Part shown: positions 40,605 to 47,711 of the stretch, piece after piece | Position numbering within the stretch: the first letter of the stretch is position 1 | How the letters are laid out: every line of letters begins with the position of its first letter | Origin: an uncultured bacterium | Lineage (GTDB): Bacteria; Gemmatimonadota; Gemmatimonadetes; Gemmatimonadales; Gemmatimonadaceae | Reading direction: 5' to 3' | Length of the DNA: 54,166 nt | NCBI GenBank assembly: GCA_963978095.1 | Contig: CAXBQP010000014.1 | Location: 1-54,166, forward strand | Translations under genes and position numbers: made by a program | Notes under the pieces: model-generated | Database searches by the model: none | What the model was told of the DNA's origin: nothing | The model's input: the letters and a program-made list of their open reading frames with translations, nothing else

Positions 40605-41594
40605 TCACGCCGCCGGCCGGACCTCACCAACGATCTCGCCACGCGTGTTCTTGATCGGGCGCACCATCCAGTCGGCAAGCCGCTTCGGGAGCCCCCCCTG
40701 GAGCACACCTAGCTGCTGAAGAACCTGCACCACTGCGCAGTGCTGCGCGCGCTGCGAACCATCTTCCGCCTTCAGCGCGATTCCCAGCCCGATCGCCGGA
40801 ACCATCACCGTGTGAACCCCCTCGGCGCCGACTTTCGAAATCACCGCACCGTCGGTCTCCTCGATCAACACCGTGTCGAACCGATCCGTGCCGCCCAGCA
40901 ACATCGGGTGCTTCCGCACCGCCGCGAGCGTCCGCCCCGGCCATTCATCGCCGGAGCTCGCCGCGCGCCCCCACCGCGCGTACGCGAGCGCCATGCGATC
41001 CAGCGGCAGTGCCATCACCGTCACGCCGCAACCGTCCACCGCGATCGGCATGTCGTCGAGCGCGACCCCGCTCCAGCTCGACACTTCCGCCAAGCACGCC
41101 CGCTGAACGCTGTGGTCGGCACGTTCGTAGCCCCGTGTCGTCCACCCCGCGGTCCTCGCGCGGCCCAACATCGCCGCATGCTTGCCGGAGCAGTTGTTCA
41201 TCAACCGCGTGAACGGCAGCCCGCTCTCGCGTGCCAATCGGGCGCCGCGCGCCGACAACGGTTCATGCGGTCCGCAAGCCAAGTCGCCCTCCTCCAACCC
41301 CAGCGAAGCGAGCATGCGGCGCGCAACCGCGACATGCTCCGGCTCGCCCCCGTGCGACGCGCAGGCCAGCGCGAGTTCCTCGTCCCCCCAGCCCAGCTGC
41401 GCAAACCCACCCGAGGTCAGGAATGGCAGCACTTGAAAGAACTTGGCGCAGGAGCGCCACATCGTCACGAGACCGGGGTCACGAGCGCCAGCGAGCAGCG
41501 CGCCATCGGCGTTCACCACGGCCGCGTGCACACGATGCACGGATTCCGTGGTCGAGCCACGGGTCACGATCACGTCGAGAGAGAGCGGTTCCAT
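40605..41594 (-). CDS. L-asparaginase II (Rhizobium AnsA-type) family protein
   Basis: ESVH, RSCAK, CASHGGE, NNCSGKH, DGCG, SKVGAEG. Confidence 0.92.
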   Translation of the reverse strand: MEPLSLDVIVTRGSTTESVHRVHAAVVNADGALLAGARDPGLVTMWRSCAKFFQVLPFLTSGGFAQLGWGDEELALACASHGGEPEHVAVARRMLASLGLEEGDLACGPHEPLSARGARLARESGLPFTRLMNNCSGKHAAMLGRARTAGWTTRGYERADHSVQRACLAEVSSWSGVALDDMPIAVDGCGVTVMALPLDRMALAYARWGRAASSGDEWPGRTLAAVRKHPMLLGGTDRFDTVLIEETDGAVISKVGAEGVHTVMVPAIGLGIALKAEDGSQRAQHCAVVQVLQQLGVLQGGLPKRLADWMVRPIKNTRGEIVGEVRPAA

Positions 41595-41606
41595 AGACGG
41601 TGAAAT

Positions 41607-42530
41607 CTAGCGACGTTGCCGAGAGGCGAGGACGATCCCCGCCAGCACCACACCGCCACCGACGAGCGTCATCACGCTCGGTCGCTCTCCGATTCCCGGC
41701 AGGACAGCGGCGAGCGCCGTCGCACCGATCGGCTCGGCAATGGCGACCAGACTCACCACATACGCCGGGAGGTACCGCAAGGCCCAGTTGAATCCCGTAT
41801 GCCCCAGCAGCATCGGACCGAGCGCCATGCCGGTGAAGATCAGCACCTCCCGCTGAGGTTGCGGTCCGATGACCGTGCCGCGCGCCGTCGCGATCGACAA
41901 GACCGTGAGCAGGCACGCGCCGTAGACGAGTCCCACATACGGCCACAGGTCGAGCTTCTGCCGCACACGACGCCCTGTGAGCAGATACGCGGCAATGGTG
42001 ATGGCACCGACCACCGCGAGGAGGTCCCCGACCAGGGCATTGCCACCGTGCGCGTCCGACGGTGCCCCGGTGATATCCCCCCAGGCCAACACGCCCGCGC
42101 CCAGCAGCGAGACTGCGATTCCCACCGCCTGCGTGCGTGAAGGACGCTCTCCCAGAAATGCCGCGGATCCGGCCGCGACGATCACCGGATGGACGTTGAC
42201 CAGCACCACAGACGCCGCCACCGACGTGTAGCCGATGGATGCAATCCAACTCCAGAAGTGCAGCGCGAGCAACACCCCGGCCACGCCGGCTGCCATGAGA
42301 TCCCGGCGATCGAGCCCACGCCACTGACGCCAGCCGCCCCCGGCCACCAAGATCCCGGCCACCACGAGCATCGAGAGGAACAGGCGCCACAGCGCGATGG
42401 CCAGCGGCTCCGCGTGCGAGAGCCGCACGAGTGGCCCGGACCCGGAGATGCCGAGCACGGCGATCAACAGGACGACCGGCACGGTCCGGGGAATCATCTG
42501 GGCAGCAGGTTGCGCGGAATGTTCGGGCAT
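41607..42530 (-). CDS. DMT/EamA family transporter
   Basis: About 10 hydrophobic helices, ALHFWSW, GHTGFNWALRY, EPIGA. Confidence 0.92.
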   Translation of the reverse strand: MPEHSAQPAAQMIPRTVPVVLLIAVLGISGSGPLVRLSHAEPLAIALWRLFLSMLVVAGILVAGGGWRQWRGLDRRDLMAAGVAGVLLALHFWSWIASIGYTSVAASVVLVNVHPVIVAAGSAAFLGERPSRTQAVGIAVSLLGAGVLAWGDITGAPSDAHGGNALVGDLLAVVGAITIAAYLLTGRRVRQKLDLWPYVGLVYGACLLTVLSIATARGTVIGPQPQREVLIFTGMALGPMLLGHTGFNWALRYLPAYVVSLVAIAEPIGATALAAVLPGIGERPSVMTLVGGGVVLAGIVLASRQRR

Positions 42531-42587
42531 CGACGTATCCAAGCGTCAGACTCGCTCGCGGTCAATGGCCACGCTATCTTCCAGAAC

Positions 42588-43583
42588 ATGACACGACTTA
42601 TTCATCGCGCCCGCCTTGAGCATCTCCTGGCTGGCGCGCGCTCCCGCCGCATTGCGGTCGTCGGCGACGCCATGCTCGACGTCTACCTTCGCGGAGACGT
42701 CGACCGAATCTCCCCGGAAGCCCCGGTGCCGGTACACCGAGTGCGGGACCGCGTACTCGCCCTGGGCGGTGCGGCGAACGTGGCGCAGAACGTTGCCGCG
42801 ATCGGCTGTCGATCCGAACTTGTCGCGGTGACCGGCAACGACCCCTCGGCGCGGAACCTCGAAGAGTTGCTTGCCACCCAGGGGTGCGAGACTCGCGGAC
42901 TGGTGGCGGTCGACCGCCCGACGACCACGAAGACCCGTATCGTCGCCAGATCCCAGCAACTCCTGCGGATCGATGAGGAACACGATGAAGATTGCTCCCC
43001 GGCGGATGTCGCACGCATTCTCGATCATGTGCGCACCGCGATCCTCGATGCCGACGCACTGATTCTTGAGGACTACAACAAGGGGGTCCTCGTTCCCTCC
43101 GTGATCGACGCCAGCATCGCGCAGGCCCGCGCGAAGGGCATCCCGATCATCGTGGACCCGAAGTACCGCAACTTCTTCGGCTACCAGGGCTCGACGATCT
43201 TCAAACCGAACCGCCGGGAACTTGAGGCCGCACTCGGCGCGGCGGTCGATCTATCAGACGCCGAGGCCCTTCCTTCGCTTGTCGCACGGCTCGGGGTTGA
43301 ATCGGTACTTCTCACCTTGAGTGAGCATGGAATGGCACTCATCGAGCCCGGCGCCGTGGGCGGTGTACAGCGGATCGCGACCACCGCGCGCGAGGTCTAC
43401 GACGTGGTGGGCGCCGGCGACACGGTAACGGCCTACCTCGCGGCTATGCTGGCCGCCGGTGCGACCCGCCTGGAAGCAGCTGTCATTGCCAACTATGCCG
43501 CAGGAATCGAGGTCGGCAAGATGGGGGCTGCAACGGTCTCCGTCGAGGAGGTTCTGGCGGCGTTCGATACGCACGACTCCTGA
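42588..43583 (+). CDS. rfaE1: D-glycero-beta-D-manno-heptose-7-phosphate kinase (HldE/RfaE domain I)
   Basis: VVGDAMLD..RISPEAPVPV, GGAANVA, DYNKG, KPNRRE, DVVGAGDTV. Confidence 0.93.
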   Translation: MTRLIHRARLEHLLAGARSRRIAVVGDAMLDVYLRGDVDRISPEAPVPVHRVRDRVLALGGAANVAQNVAAIGCRSELVAVTGNDPSARNLEELLATQGCETRGLVAVDRPTTTKTRIVARSQQLLRIDEEHDEDCSPADVARILDHVRTAILDADALILEDYNKGVLVPSVIDASIAQARAKGIPIIVDPKYRNFFGYQGSTIFKPNRRELEAALGAAVDLSDAEALPSLVARLGVESVLLTLSEHGMALIEPGAVGGVQRIATTAREVYDVVGAGDTVTAYLAAMLAAGATRLEAAVIANYAAGIEVGKMGAATVSVEEVLAAFDTHDS

Positions 43584-43632
43584 GGCAACGCGTTGCGGGA
43601 ATCACGGCGTGTGTCGTGCCGCGCGACGACTG

Positions 43633-43676
43633 AAAGCAGAGCGGCCTCGGGCGATTGCCCGAGGCCGCTCTGCTTT
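43633..43676. terminator. Bidirectional intrinsic terminator
   Basis: Perfect 20-bp inverted repeat AAAGCAGAGCGGCCTCGGGC-GATT-GCCCGAGGCCGCTCTGCTTT between convergent genes. Confidence 0.85.
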
Positions 43677-43690
43677 ACTGGATGGACTGA

Positions 43691-44236
43691 TTACTTGGAG
43701 ATCAACGGCGCCGAGAACGCCACCAAGGCATGGTGCATGGCCAAGAGAACCTGCGGCGGGTTGGTCAAAAAAGCCGGGCTCGACGCAGCGATCATCGCAT
43801 TGAACTTCTCGACGGCACTCTTGACGGCAACCGGCGACGGGTTCGTTCCGAGCCCAGCCATCGCGGCCATGACCGCCGCAGTCTCCGCCGTCGGCGCTCC
43901 AGCAGCGTTCAGCTGCCCCTGAACCGTGGCGACCGCGCCCGCCGCGCCGCTGAGCAGCGCCGAGACCGCTGCACCAGCTGCAGCCGGGATCGCGGCGTTG
44001 GTGATGCTGGAGCGGGCGCTTCCCGACGATAGCGAAGTGGAAGCCGTGGCGCCGATCACGAGCATCGTCGGCGAGGCGGAGTTCACGCCGCCGCCACTGT
44101 TGCTCGGCGAGAACATCCCGCCGAGCGTGGAGTTGGTGATGCCCGGGCTGCTGTGGTCGCTGTTGTTGATGTTCTGAGCGGCCAGCGGCGCAGCGGCCAC
44201 CAGCGCGAGACCGAACGTGAGGAAAGTCTTCTTCAT
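43691..44236 (-). CDS. Secreted Ala/Ser/Gly-rich protein of unknown function
   Basis: Sec signal MKKTFLTFGLALVAAAPLAA-Q; GGAG RBS; strongly biased codons; helical C-terminus AVEKFNAMIAASSPAFLTNPP. Confidence 0.85.
   Translation of the reverse strand: MKKTFLTFGLALVAAAPLAAQNINNSDHSSPGITNSTLGGMFSPSNSGGGVNSASPTMLVIGATASTSLSSGSARSSITNAAIPAAAGAAVSALLSGAAGAVATVQGQLNAAGAPTAETAAVMAAMAGLGTNPSPVAVKSAVEKFNAMIAASSPAFLTNPPQVLLAMHHALVAFSAPLISK
44046..44073. repeat. 28-nt direct repeat, copy 1 (copy 2 at 44880-44907)
   Basis: GTGGCGCCGATCACGAGCATCGTCGGCG vs GTGGCGCTGATCACGAGCATCGACGGCG (2 mismatches). Confidence 0.85.
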
Positions 44237-44302
44237 GGTGAGTTATGCTCCGAAACTAGGGACGAGTCGAGAAATCGCGAGTGAATGATCGATCGTGTTG
44301 GA

Positions 44303-45796
44303 TCAACGCTGCGGCGCCTTGAGGCTCTCGCCACCCGCGGTGATCTCGAACTCGGCGCGGCGGTTCTTCGCCCACGCATCTTCCGTGTGGCCCGCATCAA
44401 CCGGACGCTCCTCACCGAAACCAACCGTCTCGATGCGATCAGCCGTGATGCCGCGGGACACGAGGTACCGCTTGGCCGACGCCGCACGACGCTGCGACAG
44501 CGCAAGGTTGTATTCATCGGAACCGCGCTCGTCGGTGTGGCCGGCGATGCGGATCTTGAGCGACGGATTGGCCTGGAGGACCGGGATCTTGGCATCGAGC
44601 GACGCCTTCTGGTCTTCGCGGATGTCGTCCTTGTCGAAGTCGTAGAAGACGATCTTGGCGACCGCGGCGCGCACGGCGTCGAGGGCGGCGTTGCTCTTGC
44701 TGCGGTCGGTTTCAGACGCAGCGGCCAAGGCCTTGTTCTTCTCGGCGGCGGCGGCGTCAGCCGCACGCTTGCGCTCTTCTTCCGCGCGGGCGCGCGCCGC
44801 TTCCGCCACTTGGCGGCGGCGTTCGTCTTCCGCACGGGCGGCGGCCATCGCGACACGCTCGGCTTCCGCCTGAGCGGCAGTGGCGCTGATCACGAGCATC
44901 GACGGCGCAGCGGCCGGGGCCGGAGCCGACGGATTGACCTTGAACGCGAAGCCAACGCCAAGCGTGAAGCGAGGACCCGTCTTCTTGACGCTCGGGCCAG
45001 TGGTGAGGTTCGAGTTGGACGAGCCCGTGAGGTCGGAAATCGCCGGCGAGAGCACGAGCGGAAGGTTCTTGAACGGCACGAAGGAGACGCCGAGGTTCAA
45101 ATCCTGGCCGGACCAGTCGAGAATCACCGAACTGGCTTCGTTCACCCGCAACGCGGCCGAGGTGAAGATGCCGACGCCGTGCTTGCCAGTGTTGAGGTCA
45201 CCCGCCATCTGGAAGGCCTCGGTGCCGATACCGCCGGACCACGTCAGGCCCTTGAACTGGCTGAGCGCGGTGCCCTCGAGGCTGAATGCCTTCGTGACGA
45301 CGCCGTAGATACTGTTGCGGTCGTCCGCGTTGCTGTTCAGCTGCACGCCCTGGACGCCGAGCGCGACGCCCCAGTTGTCGGCGAGGATCTTGTGCGCTTT
45401 GAAGCCGAATCCCACGCGATTGCCGACGCCCGAACGGACCGTCGAGAGCGCGTTGATGGCGACTTCGAGGCCCGCGATGTCGGAGGCGTTGCCGAGGCCG
45501 AAGCCCATGGACACGCTGCCATCGGCGTCGCCGTTGGCGCTGTAGCGCACCGGCGCTTGGAGGCCCGCCCCGATGAAGGCATCATTCCAGTTCGCGCCGA
45601 AGGCGATCGGTGAACCGGAGCTGGTGCCCGGCGCGCCGCGCGGGAAGCGGCCGGTCTCATTCGCCAGACCGACTTCCGGAACCGGAAGACGGAACTTCGC
45701 ACGCAGATCCTCGATAGACTGCTGTGCGCCCGCCGTACGCGAAACCGTCGTCGCGACGATTACGGAAGCAGCGAGGAGCTTGCGGAACGAACCCAT
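44303..45796 (-). CDS. Outer membrane protein: putative beta-barrel + Ala-rich linker + Pal/OmpA-like peptidoglycan-binding domain
   Basis: Signal peptide without lipobox Cys; amphipathic strands ending FTLGVGFAF; C-terminal FYDFDK..GHTDERGSDEYNLALSQRRA..GEERP..NRRAEF. Confidence 0.88.
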   Translation of the reverse strand: MGSFRKLLAASVIVATTVSRTAGAQQSIEDLRAKFRLPVPEVGLANETGRFPRGAPGTSSGSPIAFGANWNDAFIGAGLQAPVRYSANGDADGSVSMGFGLGNASDIAGLEVAINALSTVRSGVGNRVGFGFKAHKILADNWGVALGVQGVQLNSNADDRNSIYGVVTKAFSLEGTALSQFKGLTWSGGIGTEAFQMAGDLNTGKHGVGIFTSAALRVNEASSVILDWSGQDLNLGVSFVPFKNLPLVLSPAISDLTGSSNSNLTTGPSVKKTGPRFTLGVGFAFKVNPSAPAPAAAPSMLVISATAAQAEAERVAMAAARAEDERRRQVAEAARARAEEERKRAADAAAAEKNKALAAASETDRSKSNAALDAVRAAVAKIVFYDFDKDDIREDQKASLDAKIPVLQANPSLKIRIAGHTDERGSDEYNLALSQRRAASAKRYLVSRGITADRIETVGFGEERPVDAGHTEDAWAKNRRAEFEITAGGESLKAPQR

Positions 45797-45831
45797 ATTG
45801 TGGTCTCCGAGAGAATTCGTGAGCGAAAGAC

Positions 45832-45934
45832 AGTTGCAACCGATATACTCAGATGCGGGCGCGCCTGTGACACGACGTCACGTTCGCCCCGCCCCGTTTC
45901 TGATGCCTCGCCCTTAATGTCGGAGTTGCAACCG
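45832..45934. promoter_or_regulatory. Repeated palindromic operator candidates upstream of the OMP gene
   Basis: AGTTGCAACCG at 45832-45842 and 45924-45934 (core palindrome GTTGCAAC). Confidence 0.5.
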
Positions 45935-46044
45935 GCATTGTCAAGAGCCGTTCGTCGCAATCGCGTCACTGTCGCAAGACGTGCCACTGGCGCCAGGGTC
46001 CGGTTGCCGGTAGCCCGTCACGGTGTAGCTTTCCCGATGCACGC

Positions 46045-46117
46045 GGGCCCTTAGCTCAGCGGTCAGAGCAGCGGACTCATAATCCGACGTGCGGTGGTTC
46101 GAATCCACCAGGGCCCA
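46045..46117 (+). tRNA. tRNA with CAT anticodon, most likely tRNA-Ile2
   Basis: GGGCCCT acceptor stem, D arm, CT-CAT-AA loop, GGTGG-TTCGAAT-CCACC T arm, discriminator A; resembles ileX-type rather than initiator Met; CCA not encoded. Confidence 0.9.
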
Positions 46118-47327
46118 TTGATCGGTCGCTGCCGCGCGGCGGCGCGAGAATCGCCGCGCGGATTTCGTCGCGAAAACGGGGGCGTGCGAATCGCAGGGCA
46201 TTGGTGCGGCACGCCATCCAGGCGGTGCCCGACGACCGCCACGGCCTCCCCTCGAACCGCCGGATCGCCTCCGCGAGCGCCTCGGCGCTCTGCTCGAAGT
46301 AGAACTCACCCGTGGGGTCCGCCTGATCGGCCCCGCGGATCGTTTCGACGGCGCCCCCTCGTGCGTATGCGATCACCGGCACGCCGCACGCTTGGGCTTC
46401 GACCGGAGCAATCCCAAAATCCTCTTCGGCCGCGAAGACGAACCCGCGAGCGCCCTGCAGCCATCGCCGCAACTCTGCACGCGAGGTGTGCCCGACCAAC
46501 GTGACGTTCGGGCCGGCGGCCGCTCGAACCTTGGCCTCGTCGGGACCCGCGCCGACGATCACCAATCGCTTGTCGGGGAGGCGGCGAAACGCCGCCGCGA
46601 TCATATCGACCCGCTTGTACGGCACGAACCGACTTGCCGTGACGTAGTACTCCTCAGCCGACGACATCCCCTCCACCCGAACCGGACCAGTGTCCATATC
46701 CGCCGCGGCCGGTACGAAGAACTCGGTATCGACCGGCGGATAGACCACCGCTGCCGACCGGCCATACGCGCGCGCGATCCGGTCGGCGATGTACGACGAC
46801 AGGGTGAGAAATCGATCGACGCGCGCGCTCGTCGTTCGATCCCATCGACGTAGCGCGTTGAGCATGAGACGCGCCGGAGGGCCCAGCAGCGGTCCGTCGA
46901 GCGACGCTTCGCGCAGGTATTGCTCCCGCAAGTCCCAGGCGTAGCGCATCGGCGACAAGCAATAACAGACGTGCCGCTGGTCCCGGTGCGGGCGGATCCC
47001 CTTCGCGACCGCGTGTGAGTTCGAAATCACCAGATCGTACCCGCTCAGGTCGTGCCCAGAAACCGCCCACGGCATTACGGGGAGGTAGGCGCGATACTGG
47101 CGCGATATCCCCGGCACACCCTGCAGCCACGTCGTGCGCGTCGGAGGTAGCGCCAGTGCCGCGCGATCCTGATCGGCCATATGGTCGATGGTCGTGAAGA
47201 CGGTGGCGTCCGGAAACGCCAGCAACAGGTCGCGCAGGACCCACTCGGCACCCGCGAGGGTGACGAGCCAGTCGTGCACGATCGCCACGCGAAGCGGCGC
47301 GGCGGAGTCCGCAGCAACAGAGCTCAT
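46077..47327 (-). CDS. Glycosyltransferase family 4 (WbaZ-like)
   Basis: VAIVHDWLVTLAGAE, SPMRYAWD, SRFVPYKRVD, EEDFGIAPVEAQACG. Confidence 0.93.
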   Translation of the reverse strand: MSSVAADSAAPLRVAIVHDWLVTLAGAEWVLRDLLLAFPDATVFTTIDHMADQDRAALALPPTRTTWLQGVPGISRQYRAYLPVMPWAVSGHDLSGYDLVISNSHAVAKGIRPHRDQRHVCYCLSPMRYAWDLREQYLREASLDGPLLGPPARLMLNALRRWDRTTSARVDRFLTLSSYIADRIARAYGRSAAVVYPPVDTEFFVPAAADMDTGPVRVEGMSSAEEYYVTASRFVPYKRVDMIAAAFRRLPDKRLVIVGAGPDEAKVRAAAGPNVTLVGHTSRAELRRWLQGARGFVFAAEEDFGIAPVEAQACGVPVIAYARGGAVETIRGADQADPTGEFYFEQSAEALAEAIRRFEGRPWRSSGTAWMACRTNALRFARPRFRDEIRAAILAPPRGSDRSMGPGGFEPPHVGL

Positions 47328-47443
47328 AACGCCGTGCAATCTACAGCGGAACCTCGGCCGGCGGATACGGAAATGAACAGTGTCAAGACTTGTACGCTCC
47401 CCGCTTCCACCCAACGCGACCGGTGGTTATGATTCACGAGTCA

Positions 47444-47517
47444 GGACGCGTAGCTCAGCTGGTTAGAGCGCTGCTTTCACACAGCAGAGGTCCGGGGTTC
47501 GAGTCCCTGCGCGTCCA
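47444..47517 (+). tRNA. tRNA-Val(CAC)
   Basis: GGACGCG/CGCGTCC acceptor, CTGCT-TTCACAC-AGCAG anticodon arm, GGTTCGAGTCC T loop; CCA not encoded. Confidence 0.95.
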
Positions 47518-47711
47518 TGCAGTATCTTGCGATGTCGTTGATTAGGTAATGGTCAGAGGTTGAACCTGAAGCGGCGCGCGGCCATGACCGAGCGTCGCTT
47601 CGTGGTGTTGTGTCGTCGCTGCGGCGTGTGTAGGTCGGTGCGCTGCTCATGCATTGGGAACTGCATCCGGCCCCGACTGAAGTACTTGTCCCACGTTTTG
47701 AATGGAGCAGA

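Noticed and set aside
45866..45882. CRP/Rex-like site TGTGA...TCACG
   Set aside because: Spacing is N7, not the N6 required; kept only as an unassigned palindrome.
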